Source: an uncultured Lachnospiraceae bacterium | Lineage (GTDB): Bacteria; Bacillota; Clostridia; Lachnospirales; Lachnospiraceae | Assembly (NCBI GenBank): GCA_947172645.1 | Contig: CAMWBY010000015.1 | Location: forward strand, 22,720-86,719 | Direction of reading: 5' to 3' | Length of the DNA: 64,000 bases | In this document: positions 41,057-51,021 of the stretch, piece after piece | Numbering within the stretch: position 1 is the stretch's first letter | Layout: the number at the start of each line of letters is the position of its first letter | The notes under the pieces: generated by a model | Database searches by the model: none | What the model saw: the letters and a program-made list of their open reading frames with translations, nothing else | Told to the model about the DNA's origin: nothing | Translations under genes and position numbers: made by a program

Positions 41057-42343
41057 ATGAAAACAAAAAAGGTAAAATACCTTGAAACGGCATTATGTTG
41101 TGCGGCAGCATCAATGGCGCTCAGTGGATGTGGAAGTTCGGCAGATGACGGCAAGATTCAGATTGAAATTGTGCAATACAAGCCGGAAGCTGCAAATTAT
41201 TTCACCACGGTGGAAGAAGAATTTAACGCAACACACGATAATATCCACCTGAAAATCAGTTCGCCAAACGATGCAATGACAATACTCAAAACGAGGTTTA
41301 TCAGGGAGGATTATCCGGATATTATAGGAATTGGCGGTGACATTAATTATTCCTATTTCGTAGATGCGGAAATCCTGGCGGATGTTTCTGATTATGCAGG
41401 GCTTGCCGATATCAATCAGGGATATCTGGATATTGACGAGGCATTGAAATTCGTTCCGGTGGACGGCGTCTATGCGGTGCCTTATGTGGCTAACGCGGCA
41501 GGTATTTTGTACAACAAGGACATGTTTGAAGAACATCATTGGGAAATACCCCAGACTTGGGATGAACTGATTGCATTATGTGAGAACATACAATCAGAAG
41601 GTATTCTTCCGTTTTATTTCGGTTTCAAAGATACATGGACTTGCCTTGCTCCATGGAACTCTATGGCGGTGGATTTAGCGCCTGCGGATACGGCAAAACA
41701 GGTAAACCGTGGCGAGACGACTTTTACGGACGAGTACAGGGAAGTATCCGAGAAATATTTGGAGATGCTTGCATATGGGCCGGAGGATCCGTTTGCCTAT
41801 GGGTATAACGACGCATGTACTGCTTTTGCCAGAGGCGAGTCTGCGATGTATCCAATCGGAAGTTACGCGGCACCGCAGATTCTGTCTGTGAACCCGGATT
41901 TGAACCTGGATTCTTTCGTAATGCCGGCGAATGATTCCGCGGATGGAAACACGCTCAATTCAGGAATCGACCTGCAGTTTTGCGTGACGGCAAGCTGTGA
42001 GAACAAAGAGGCGGTATATGAGGTTTTAGATTTCCTCTATGAAGATGAGAATATCCAGAAGTATATCGATGCGCAGACGGCTATTCCATGTAAAAAGGGA
42101 GATTTCAAGCTTCCATCCATTCTCGACGGTATGACGGAATATATTACATCGGGTAATATGACGGATTATCAGGACCATTACTATCCTTCTGAGATGGCGG
42201 TGGATGCGCAGATACAGACCTTCCTTCTTCAAAGGGATGTGGATGCCTTCTTACAGAAATTCGATACGGACTGGCTGCGGTATAACAGAGATATTATCCG
42301 TCTTGTACAGGAGTACGAAAAACAACATGGAAACGCAGATTAG
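41057..42343 (+). CDS. Sugar ABC transporter substrate-binding lipoprotein (family 1, MsmE-like)
   Basis: 'MKTKKVKYLETALCCAAASMALSGCGSS' lipobox. The ATG follows GGAAGGAG. Confidence 0.88.
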   Translation: MKTKKVKYLETALCCAAASMALSGCGSSADDGKIQIEIVQYKPEAANYFTTVEEEFNATHDNIHLKISSPNDAMTILKTRFIREDYPDIIGIGGDINYSYFVDAEILADVSDYAGLADINQGYLDIDEALKFVPVDGVYAVPYVANAAGILYNKDMFEEHHWEIPQTWDELIALCENIQSEGILPFYFGFKDTWTCLAPWNSMAVDLAPADTAKQVNRGETTFTDEYREVSEKYLEMLAYGPEDPFAYGYNDACTAFARGESAMYPIGSYAAPQILSVNPDLNLDSFVMPANDSADGNTLNSGIDLQFCVTASCENKEAVYEVLDFLYEDENIQKYIDAQTAIPCKKGDFKLPSILDGMTEYITSGNMTDYQDHYYPSEMAVDAQIQTFLLQRDVDAFLQKFDTDWLRYNRDIIRLVQEYEKQHGNAD

Positions 42344-42364
42344 TGGGAAAGGAGAGTATGAGTT

Positions 42365-43231
42365 ATGAAAAATGAAAGAAAAAGAACGTTCTTATTGATT
42401 ACCATTCCGATTCTCGCCTTGTTTATTTGTTTCAATACCATCCCGCTAATCCGCGGTGTGATATACAGCTTTACAAATTTCAAAGGATTCGGGAAGTATA
42501 ATTGGGTAGGGTTTAGGAATTATATCGATTTATTTTCGGATGCCCGCGTAGGTAGGTCTTACTGGTTTACATTTAAACTGGCTGTGGTGACGACAGTGGT
42601 AGTCAATGTAATCAGTCTGCTTCTTGCGCTTGCATTAAACAGTAAAATACGGGCGAAGAGCTTTTTCCGCGGGGCGTATTTTTTGCCGAACATCTTAGGT
42701 TCACTCGTCGTAGGTTATATTTTCAACTATTTCTTCACATACATATTGCCTGCGGTGGCGGACATGATTGGGATAGATTCCCTGCGTACCAGTATCCTGT
42801 CTAATCCGGACGCGGCATGGATTGGAATCATGATTGTATGCGCATGGCAGGCCATTGCGATGAATACGATTATTTACATTTCCGGTTTGCAGACGGTTCC
42901 GGAGGATGTATATGAGGCGGGCGGTTTAGATGGGGCGACCGGATGGAAGCAGTTTAAATATCTGACTTTCCCTTTGATTATTCCATTTTTCTCAATCAAT
43001 ATGGTGTTGTGCGTCAAGAACTTCCTGATGGTATTCGACCAGATTATGGCATTGACAAAGGGTGGCCCGGCACAGAGTACGGAATCAATTTCCTACTTGA
43101 TTTATAATAACGGTATGTCAGGCGGACAGTTCGGTTTCCAGAGCGCCAACGCGGTTGTTTTCTTCATCGTCATTGTGGTTGTCTCTGTAGCGCAGATGAA
43201 ATTTTCCGGTAAGAAGGAGGAACAGCTATGA
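42365..43231 (+). CDS. Sugar ABC transporter permease (MsmF-like)
   Basis: 6-TM BPD_transp_1 with EAA loop 'YEAGGLDGATGWKQFKYLTFPL'. Confidence 0.92.
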   Translation: MKNERKRTFLLITIPILALFICFNTIPLIRGVIYSFTNFKGFGKYNWVGFRNYIDLFSDARVGRSYWFTFKLAVVTTVVVNVISLLLALALNSKIRAKSFFRGAYFLPNILGSLVVGYIFNYFFTYILPAVADMIGIDSLRTSILSNPDAAWIGIMIVCAWQAIAMNTIIYISGLQTVPEDVYEAGGLDGATGWKQFKYLTFPLIIPFFSINMVLCVKNFLMVFDQIMALTKGGPAQSTESISYLIYNNGMSGGQFGFQSANAVVFFIVIVVVSVAQMKFSGKKEEQL

Positions 43232-44061
43232 CAAACATTAAATCAAATAAATCGGCATTGGTCGTTCTTATCCTGGGACTTTCCACGATTGTATTTCCGC
43301 TTTACTTAACGATTGTGATTGCGTTCAAACAACCTTCGGAAATGACCAACAGCATCGATGGTATCCTGTCTCTCCCGAAAGTATGGAGTCTGGATAATTT
43401 CAGGGAAGCAATGGAAATTACTAACTTCTGGCACTCTCTGGGAAACAGCTTGTTGATAACGCTTCTTACGGTGGGATTGTCCATACTGCTTCATTCCCTT
43501 ATGGGATATGCGCTTGGCAGGAATAAGGCGCACAGCAAATTTTACAGTTTCGTATATCTGTTTATCGTGAGCGGTATGTTTGTGCCTTTCGCAATCCTGA
43601 TGATGCCTCTTGCAAAACAGACGGCGGAGATGGGGCTTGCAAATTGGTTTGGCGTGGTTCTGCTTTATATGGTATTCTATATGCCGATGAACGTGCTTCT
43701 CTATTCGGGTTATCTGGTAAATATTCCGATGGCTTTGGAGGAGGCGGCGAAGGTGGACGGTGCATCCACTTGGAGAACTTACTGGAAGATAATTTTCCCC
43801 ATTATGCGTCCGATGCATGCGACGGTTGCGGTTCTTACGGCATTGGCGGTATGGAATGACGTGATGACGCCCCTTGTTATTATGGCGGGCTCTGACCAGA
43901 ACACACTGCCTCTCGCGCAGTTAAACTTCCAGTCGCAGTTTGGAACAAATTATAACCTGGCGTTTGCGTCTTACTTACTTTCGCTGATTCCGATTCTGAT
44001 TTTCTATATTATCTGTCAGAAACAGATTCTGAACGGCGTCGTAAACGGTGCGGTGAAATAA
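43228..44061 (+). CDS. Sugar ABC transporter permease (MsmG-like)
   Basis: EAA loop 'EEAAKVDGASTWRTYWKIIFPIM'. ATGA overlap with the upstream permease. Confidence 0.92.
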   Translation: MTNIKSNKSALVVLILGLSTIVFPLYLTIVIAFKQPSEMTNSIDGILSLPKVWSLDNFREAMEITNFWHSLGNSLLITLLTVGLSILLHSLMGYALGRNKAHSKFYSFVYLFIVSGMFVPFAILMMPLAKQTAEMGLANWFGVVLLYMVFYMPMNVLLYSGYLVNIPMALEEAAKVDGASTWRTYWKIIFPIMRPMHATVAVLTALAVWNDVMTPLVIMAGSDQNTLPLAQLNFQSQFGTNYNLAFASYLLSLIPILIFYIICQKQILNGVVNGAVK

Positions 44062-44128
44062 AAAGTATTTTCAATGGGAAGGTATTGTAATATCATATAT
44101 ACAAAAATAGAAAAGGCAGGTGCAGTAT

Positions 44129-46306
44129 ATGGCGATTCTATTCCAAGAGGATAAACGGATTTTTACTTTACAGACAAAACAAACGACTTACCAGATGAAA
44201 GTAGATGATTATGGTTTTCTATTACATCTATATTATGGAAAAAAGGTCTCTGGTAACATGGATTATCTGTTAACCTATTATGACAGGGGTTTTTCGGGAA
44301 ATCCTTATGATGTGGGCAATGACAGGACATATTCTATGGATGCGCTCCCCCAGGAGTATCCCACAATGGGGACAGGGGACTACAGGAATTGTGCGTTGAT
44401 TATCCGTAACCATGACGAATCGGAATGCTGTGACTTGCGTTATGTTTCGCATGAAATAAAACAAGGTAAATACGGGCTGCCGGGTCTTCCGGCAGTCCAT
44501 GCCAAAGAAAAAGAGGCGCAGACGCTTATCATTACTCTTGAGGACTGCGCAAGTAAAGTACAGGTACGTTTGTTATACGGCGTATTGGAAGAAGAAGATA
44601 TTATTACAAGAAGTGCGCAGATTGTTAATCTCGGCACCGGAAAAATCGTTGTGGAGAAAGCAGCGTCGGCTTGTCTTGATTTTGTGAACGGAGAGTATGA
44701 CTTGGTCAGCTTCTATGGAAGACATGCTATGGAACGCAATTTCCAGCGTACCGCTATTGCCCATGCAAGCCAGATGATTGGAAGCCGCAGGGGTACGTCC
44801 AGCCATCAGTATAACCCGGCGGTGATTGTAGCGGGACAAAGCGCCACAGAAGAAAGCGGAAGCTGTTATGGAATGGTTTTTGTCTACAGCGGTAATTTCA
44901 TGTGCGAGGCGGAAAGAGACCAGTATGAACAGACAAGGGTGATAATGGGCCTTCATTGTGATTTGTTCCATTATCCGCTTGAGCCGCAGGAGACGTTTAC
45001 TGTTCCGGAGACAATACTGTGTTACTCTTCGGAAGGATTCGGCGGTTTGTCGGTGAAATACCACCGTTGTATAAGGGAACATATATGCAGGGGACGGTAT
45101 AGTAACAATAGCAGGCCCGTGCTGGTGAACAGTTGGGAAGCCGCATATTTTCAGTTCAACGGCGAGACTATTTTACAGTTGGCCAGGGATGCTGCAGAGC
45201 TTGGAATCGATATGGTAGTTATGGATGACGGTTGGTTTGGCAAGCGCGAGGATGATAACAGCGGTCTTGGGGACTGGCAGGTCAACGAATCGAAATTAGG
45301 ATGCAGCCTGGGTGAATTAATTCGTAAAGTGAATGATACGGGAGTAAGATTCGGTATCTGGATAGAGCCGGAGATGGTTTCGGAAGACAGTAATCTATAC
45401 CGGGAACATCCCGACTGGGCTATGCAGGTTCCGGGGAGAAAGTCGGTGCGGGGAAGAAATCAGCTCGTGCTAGACTTTTCCAGGGAAGAAGTGCGCAGGC
45501 AGATTTTTGATGAAATCTGCGGCGTATTAGACCAGGGCAATATAGAATATATCAAATGGGACATGAACCGGAGTATGGCGGATATTTTCTCCTCCACGAA
45601 TTTCCAGGGGAAGGTAGCCTATGATTTTGTCCTTGGAGTCTATGATTTCCTGGAAAAATTAATGGAAAAATATCCAAATATTCTGATAGAAGGGTGCAGC
45701 GGCGGCGGCGGCAGGTTCGACGCAGGCATGATGTATTACACGCCGCAAATCTGGTGCAGTGATAATACGGATGCACTGGACAGACTTAGGATTCAGTACG
45801 GCACTTCCTTCTTCTACCCGATGTCAGTCATCGGGGCGCATGTATCAGCAGTGCCCAACCATCAGACAGGCCGCAATATCAGCCTTCATACAAGAGGAAT
45901 TGTGGCTATGACAGGTGCGTTTGGCTATGAGTTATCTTTGAACAAGTTAAGCGTGGAAGAAAAAGCGCAGATTAAAGCACAGATTAGGCAGTATAAAGAG
46001 TATGAGAATTTAATTTGTAGAGGGGAATATTATAGATTGTCTAATCCATTCCGGGATGCTTATGCGGCATGGGCACACGTGTCGGAGGGGAAAGACCGTG
46101 CGCTTGTACATGTTGTTATGCTCGAAAACCACGGAAATATGACAGTAAATTATGTCAGACTAAGAGGATTGTTACCGGATGTAGTCTACGAAGAGGTTGA
46201 AAGCAAAAAGCGCTATTATGGCTGCGCGCTTATGGAGGCGGGTATTCCTATGCCTGTTGAGTTGGGCGAGTATCATGCGTATGAGTTAGAATTTAAGATG
46301 ATATAG
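44129..46306 (+). CDS. aga: Alpha-galactosidase, GH36
   Basis: 'VLVNSWEAAYF', 'MDDGWFGKREDDNSGLGDW', 'YIKWDMNR', 'CSGGGGRFD' motifs typical of GH36 AgaA/RafA. Confidence 0.93.
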   Translation: MAILFQEDKRIFTLQTKQTTYQMKVDDYGFLLHLYYGKKVSGNMDYLLTYYDRGFSGNPYDVGNDRTYSMDALPQEYPTMGTGDYRNCALIIRNHDESECCDLRYVSHEIKQGKYGLPGLPAVHAKEKEAQTLIITLEDCASKVQVRLLYGVLEEEDIITRSAQIVNLGTGKIVVEKAASACLDFVNGEYDLVSFYGRHAMERNFQRTAIAHASQMIGSRRGTSSHQYNPAVIVAGQSATEESGSCYGMVFVYSGNFMCEAERDQYEQTRVIMGLHCDLFHYPLEPQETFTVPETILCYSSEGFGGLSVKYHRCIREHICRGRYSNNSRPVLVNSWEAAYFQFNGETILQLARDAAELGIDMVVMDDGWFGKREDDNSGLGDWQVNESKLGCSLGELIRKVNDTGVRFGIWIEPEMVSEDSNLYREHPDWAMQVPGRKSVRGRNQLVLDFSREEVRRQIFDEICGVLDQGNIEYIKWDMNRSMADIFSSTNFQGKVAYDFVLGVYDFLEKLMEKYPNILIEGCSGGGGRFDAGMMYYTPQIWCSDNTDALDRLRIQYGTSFFYPMSVIGAHVSAVPNHQTGRNISLHTRGIVAMTGAFGYELSLNKLSVEEKAQIKAQIRQYKEYENLICRGEYYRLSNPFRDAYAAWAHVSEGKDRALVHVVMLENHGNMTVNYVRLRGLLPDVVYEEVESKKRYYGCALMEAGIPMPVELGEYHAYELEFKMI

Positions 46307-46359
46307 TTATAAAATCGGTAGTACAACTCCCTTTCTTATATATACTACACTACAGGATA

Positions 46360-46394
46360 AGCCGGCACAGATTATTTCGTGCCGGTTTATTTTG
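46360..46394 (+). terminator. Rho-independent terminator after the alpha-galactosidase gene
   Basis: GCCGGCAC-agattatttc-GTGCCGGT followed by TTATTTTG. Confidence 0.75.
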
Positions 46395-46543
46395 TCGTTT
46401 CCGGTCATTTTTCTAAATTATCTGTTTTCGGATAGAATGAAATTGTTTTGTACTTTCCTTTTTTGTGTTACAATAGGCATTACGATAATGAAAATAACAT
46501 AACGGCTGAAAATATTTATGAGCTTTGGTTTATGGAGGCAAAA

Positions 46544-47968
46544 ATGAGAGGTCAGAAAAATCCGGAGAAGTTTGATTGGAATTATTTTTTAAAGCATATT
46601 GCGATTATTGCTGTGCCCGTGGCATTGCAGAATCTTCTGACGACTACGGGAAGTATGGTAGATACGATGATGCTGGCTTCTCTGGGAGAACAGACGGTGG
46701 GGGCTGTGGGGCTTTGCGCCCAGTTTTCCAGTCTGATGTTTGCAGGCTATTGGGGATTTGTGGGCGGCGGTATGTTGTTTTTTGCCCAATACTGGGGAGC
46801 AAAAAACGATGATGGAATCAACCGTTCTTTCGGCCTGACTCTTTCTTTTATGATGGCGGTGGGACTTATTTTTAGCTTTCTTGCTCTGGGGGCTCCAGGT
46901 TTTATTATGAATATCTATACCGATAAGCCGGAAATCCAGCAGATAGGAATTTCTTATTTGAAAATTGCAGGTTTTGCTTATATCCTTCAAATTCTGGCTA
47001 TGGCGGTGAGCGCCCTGCTTCGTTCTATTGAACAGGTAAAGATTCCTCTTTACGGTGGAATCGCCTCGGTTGTTTCCAATTGTTTTTTTAATTATCTGCT
47101 TATCTTCGGAAAATTTGGGCTCCCGAGGATGGGAGTGCGCGGGGCGGCTCTTGGAACGGTGCTTGCGGGCATGGTGAATCTGCTTATTTTGTTGTTTTTT
47201 ATAATCAAAAATAAGATACCCTATGCGTTGGAATTTTCCAGGCATTTCCGTTGGAATAGGGCATTTGTCGGGCAGTATCTACAGAAGTGTTTTCCGATTC
47301 TGTGCAACGAAGTGTTAATCGGAGTGGGAAATATGATGATTAATATTGTCCTGGGCCATCAGAGTGAAAAGGCTATCGCCGCCGTGGCGGTATTCCGTAC
47401 TTTGGAGGGGCTTGTCATTGCTTTTTTCAGCGGTTTCTCCAATGCGGCTACGGTTCTTGTAGGAAAAGAAGTGGGGGCGGGAAACCACGAGGTAGCTTTT
47501 CAGCGCGCCAAACGGTTGGTATATCTGTGCAGCGCACTGATTGGCATGGCCTGCCTTGGGGTGATTGCCGTACATAATCCGTTACTTCATGCAATGGGGC
47601 TTAGCGGGGAATCTTACCGGATTGGAACGGGTATGCTGTTGATTTACAGTTTAGCAGCCTTGTTTCGGATGGGAAACTGGACGCAGAACGATACATACCG
47701 CTCCGCGGGAGATGCAGCCTTTGGCTCTGTCATGGAAATTACCTTTATGTATTTGATGGTGCTTCCATGTGTGTATGCGGCTAACTATGCGTTCCATCTG
47801 CCTTTTCTCTTGGTATTTGCTTTGTGTTATGTGGATGAGCCAGTCCGGTACATTATTATGCAGTGCCATATGTATTCCGGTAAATGGATAAAACCGGTGT
47901 CGGATGAAGGGGCGAAGACGATTGAAGAGTTCCGCAAACGGCACGGGATTGAGAAGGTGCAAAAATAA
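46544..47968 (+). CDS. MATE-family efflux transporter
   Basis: The ATG at 46544 follows GGAGG. 'VPVALQNLLTTTGSMVDTMMLASLG' and a 12-TM profile. Confidence 0.9.
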   Translation: MRGQKNPEKFDWNYFLKHIAIIAVPVALQNLLTTTGSMVDTMMLASLGEQTVGAVGLCAQFSSLMFAGYWGFVGGGMLFFAQYWGAKNDDGINRSFGLTLSFMMAVGLIFSFLALGAPGFIMNIYTDKPEIQQIGISYLKIAGFAYILQILAMAVSALLRSIEQVKIPLYGGIASVVSNCFFNYLLIFGKFGLPRMGVRGAALGTVLAGMVNLLILLFFIIKNKIPYALEFSRHFRWNRAFVGQYLQKCFPILCNEVLIGVGNMMINIVLGHQSEKAIAAVAVFRTLEGLVIAFFSGFSNAATVLVGKEVGAGNHEVAFQRAKRLVYLCSALIGMACLGVIAVHNPLLHAMGLSGESYRIGTGMLLIYSLAALFRMGNWTQNDTYRSAGDAAFGSVMEITFMYLMVLPCVYAANYAFHLPFLLVFALCYVDEPVRYIIMQCHMYSGKWIKPVSDEGAKTIEEFRKRHGIEKVQK

Positions 47969-47992
47969 TTTTTTGAAAAAACGGAGGTAAAT

Positions 47993-48775
47993 ATGAAAAA
48001 TTATTCAGAAGATGCAAGCAGGCAGTACCACATACAGGTGGCGCAAGGGGAAGTAGGCCGGTATGTCATCATGCCCGGGGACCCTAAAAGATGCGTGAAG
48101 ATAGCGCAATATTTTGACAATCCGGTTTTGGTTGCAGATAACAGGGAGTATATAACGTATACCGGGACTTTGGATGGAGTGAAGGTCAGCGTTACATCCA
48201 CCGGAATCGGGGGACCGTCTGCATCCATCGCCATGGAAGAGCTATGCCGGTGCGGCGCAGATACGTTTATCCGTATCGGAACTTGCGGCGGTATGCAGCC
48301 GGAGGTCAAAAGCGGGGATGTTGTGATTGCCACTGGGGCAATCCGCATGGAAGGGACGAGCAAGGAGTATGCCCCTATCGAATTTCCTGCGGTAGCAGAT
48401 ATCAATGTGACGAATGCGCTGGTAACGGCGGCGAAGGAGAAGGGATATCCTTTCCATACAGGCGTCGTGCAGTGTAAGGATGCGTTTTACGGACAGCATG
48501 AGCCGGAGACGAAGCCGGTAAGCTATGAGCTGATGAATAAGTGGGAGGCCTGGAAGAGACTTGGGTGCCTGGCGTCGGAGATGGAGTCTGCGGCTTTATT
48601 TGTAGTGGCAAGTTATTTGCATGTCAGGACCGGCTCCTGCTTCCTGGTAGTTGCCAATCAGGAGAGGGAGAAGCTTGGGTTGGAGAATCCGGTGGTGCAT
48701 GATACAGATATGGCGATTCAGGTGGCAGTGGAGGCAATCCGGGAGTTAATCAGGCAGGACAAGAAACAGGCGTAG
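47993..48775 (+). CDS. udp: Uridine phosphorylase (PNP_UDP_1 family)
   Basis: '[10 protein letters not shown]', '[16 protein letters not shown]', 'EMESAALF'. The Udp-type 'STGIGGPS' motif argues against DeoD. Confidence 0.85.
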   Translation: MKNYSEDASRQYHIQVAQGEVGRYVIMPGDPKRCVKIAQYFDNPVLVADNREYITYTGTLDGVKVSVTSTGIGGPSASIAMEELCRCGADTFIRIGTCGGMQPEVKSGDVVIATGAIRMEGTSKEYAPIEFPAVADINVTNALVTAAKEKGYPFHTGVVQCKDAFYGQHEPETKPVSYELMNKWEAWKRLGCLASEMESAALFVVASYLHVRTGSCFLVVANQEREKLGLENPVVHDTDMAIQVAVEAIRELIRQDKKQA

Positions 48776-48928
48776 ATAGTTTGAAATCCTGTAAAAATAT
48801 GAAAGAGTAAAGACTATTGCAAAATCTGCTAATTTAACAGAATTTTGCGATAGCCTTTATTCTATAGAAAATTATTTTATTAATCTGGGTCCGCGAAGTG
48901 AAACTTGCAAACAGGCTATGCTTATTTT

Positions 48929-49342
48929 TTACTGGATTGGATTTAAATATTTTTCTATCATGTCTACTACATAGTTAGCTGTTTCTAATTGTTCTTTGGC
49001 ATCTTCTACGGAAACAATATAAAAATCGTCATAATCGCTAGCATGGCGTATTTCTTGTGCCCGATTAATTTTTTTACTCATTTCTTTTGGAAAGATACCG
49101 GTATGGATAAAATCTTTATTAAAATTCCCAAGTACTTGAGCATGTTGTTTGTATGCTTTAAATTCTAATGCAAGGCAGGCTGAGACAGCCCTAAAAATTG
49201 CATAATATGCTCTGTTATTAGAAGCACGGTAATGTCCGATTTGGAAATTTATTTTAGCGGCTTCTAAATCTTCTTTTGCAATGGTAATTCGGTATTGAGC
49301 CAGTTCCTTTGCGCCGCCAATATCGTCTAAGTTAAGTTGCAT
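48929..49342 (-). CDS. HEPN-domain protein (toxin component of a HEPN/nucleotidyltransferase pair)
   Basis: 137-aa all-helical protein with 'RASNNRAYYAIF' and 'EIRHASDYDDF'. Overlaps the upstream nucleotidyltransferase gene by 11 nt. Confidence 0.75.
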   Translation of the reverse strand: MQLNLDDIGGAKELAQYRITIAKEDLEAAKINFQIGHYRASNNRAYYAIFRAVSACLALEFKAYKQHAQVLGNFNKDFIHTGIFPKEMSKKINRAQEIRHASDYDDFYIVSVEDAKEQLETANYVVDMIEKYLNPIQ

Positions 49343-49670
49343 ATAATTCTATCCCTTCTTTTTTTACATTGTAGTAAAATGGATATGCACGCAGCCACTT
49401 ATTAAAATGTTCTAAGTTTTTAACAATTGGCATTATTTTTAAGTTGTCGTCGAAATTATATTCAAAAGTCATATCAGAAAGAAGATGTCCTTTATTTATA
49501 ATTTCCCGGTCTGATAAATCAACTAAAATCATAATATCAATATCTGAATCAGGTTTACAATCTCCTCGTGCATAGGAACCATATAAGATTACGGTTTTTA
49601 ATTGCTTACCATATATATGTTGTATGTCTTTGACATAGTTTTTTAAAATGTTGTCTATTTTTACAGGCAT
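49332..49670 (-). CDS. Minimal nucleotidyltransferase (MNT) domain protein (antitoxin-type partner of HEPN)
   Basis: 'LYGSYARGDCKPDSDIDIMILV' (GSxxRG...DxD Pol-beta NTase motif). The ORF reaches 49709; the ATG at 49670 follows AAAGGA. Confidence 0.8.
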   Translation of the reverse strand: MPVKIDNILKNYVKDIQHIYGKQLKTVILYGSYARGDCKPDSDIDIMILVDLSDREIINKGHLLSDMTFEYNFDDNLKIMPIVKNLEHFNKWLRAYPFYYNVKKEGIELYAT

Positions 49671-49707
49671 ATTTTTTCCTTTCATTGAGGAATATCTTTT
49701 ATTTGCC

Positions 49708-49728
49708 ATTTGTCTATTTTGGACAAAT
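49708..49728. promoter_or_regulatory. Small palindrome upstream of the MNT/HEPN pair, candidate autoregulatory operator
   Basis: ATTTGTC-tattttg-GACAAAT, directly upstream of the pair. Confidence 0.3.
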
Positions 49729-49862
49729 AGTTTTTATACGTATTATTTTTAATAGTAATATTTCTCTTTTTGATTATTTTATCATGGCCTTTCATATGGT
49801 ACAATAGTAGCATTATATAATTAGCGTGGTAAGGTCAATAAAAATATGGTAAACTATATAAA

Positions 49863-50972
49863 ATGAATATAAAAGATTATTTACAGGAGGAACCCACCAT
49901 CATGCAGGATTTTATTAAAATATCAAAATATGCGGGAATGCGTAACGACCTGGCGCAGGCAGGGGGAGGTAATACTTCTGTCAAGCTTGACGGCAATGTG
50001 ATGCTTGTGAAAAGTTCAGGGTTCCAATTGGCGGATGTAGACGAACAGACAGGTTATTCCAAGGTTGATTATAGAAAAATTATTGACTATTTCAAAGAAT
50101 GTGTGGAAGGACAGAAAGAAGACGTATTTACGGAAGAGTGCGGGAAAGAATTGTTGCAGCAGGCACAGATAGAAGGTGGGCGCGCTTCCATAGAGACCTT
50201 TCTTCATGCCGTCACCGGAAAATATACACTTCATTCCCATCCTACGCTTGTCAATATTTTAACGGCAAGGGCAGGGGGCATGGAAGTTCTGCGCAACCTT
50301 TTTCCGAAAGCGGTGTTTGTGCCATACAGGAAGCCAGGAGCGGCACTGGCGGAAACATATTATAAGATATACCGTAAACAGCAGAAACAGGGGGCGGACG
50401 GCTCGGTTATTTTCCTGGCAAACCATGGCCTGGTGGTGAGCGGAGACGATGGCGATACGGTAATCGGTATGACGGAGCAGGTTTTAGGGAAGATTGCCGG
50501 ATACTTGGGCATAGATGACAGAGCTTATACGGCGGCGACAGCACTCTATCAGACAATACAGCAGATAGAGGGGCTTTGCGGGAATATTGTTTATCTTTCT
50601 GAAAATAGGTATTTATCTCATGAATATGCGGGCGGCAAGTTGGCGGAAGAAGGTTTGTGGGAACATGCCTTCTGTCCTGACTGTGTGGTCTATGCGAATA
50701 AGAAATTGCTGTGGCTTAAGAAGGATTATGGCAAGCAGGACATTATACAATTTATGGAGCAGTCGGGCGCTCCGGCATTGGTATATTATGAAGGGCATTT
50801 TTATATTTTGGCGGAGAGTGTGAAAAAAGCGCAGGAGATTGAGAATGTGATGAGTTTCGCGGCGAGAGTGCAATACGCCAACATAGGGCAGAAGATGAAT
50901 ATACTCAGTGACGCCCAGGAAAACGAGCTTCTCAACTGGGATGCGGAGAAATACCGGAGACGGATGGCGTGA
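49863..50972 (+). CDS. Stand-alone class II aldolase/adducin-fold protein (like the N-terminal domain of YuxG/RhaD-type aldolase-dehydrogenases)
   Basis: 'AQAGGGNTSVKLDGNVMLVKSSG', 'ASIETFLHA', 'LHSHPT'. The probable start is Met14 at 49902, 11 nt after AGGAGG. Confidence 0.75.
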   Translation: MNIKDYLQEEPTIMQDFIKISKYAGMRNDLAQAGGGNTSVKLDGNVMLVKSSGFQLADVDEQTGYSKVDYRKIIDYFKECVEGQKEDVFTEECGKELLQQAQIEGGRASIETFLHAVTGKYTLHSHPTLVNILTARAGGMEVLRNLFPKAVFVPYRKPGAALAETYYKIYRKQQKQGADGSVIFLANHGLVVSGDDGDTVIGMTEQVLGKIAGYLGIDDRAYTAATALYQTIQQIEGLCGNIVYLSENRYLSHEYAGGKLAEEGLWEHAFCPDCVVYANKKLLWLKKDYGKQDIIQFMEQSGAPALVYYEGHFYILAESVKKAQEIENVMSFAARVQYANIGQKMNILSDAQENELLNWDAEKYRRRMA

Positions 50973-51021
50973 CAATCATGTATTGCCGGAAGTAAGGATT
51001 GGCGCAAGAAAGGATATACAT

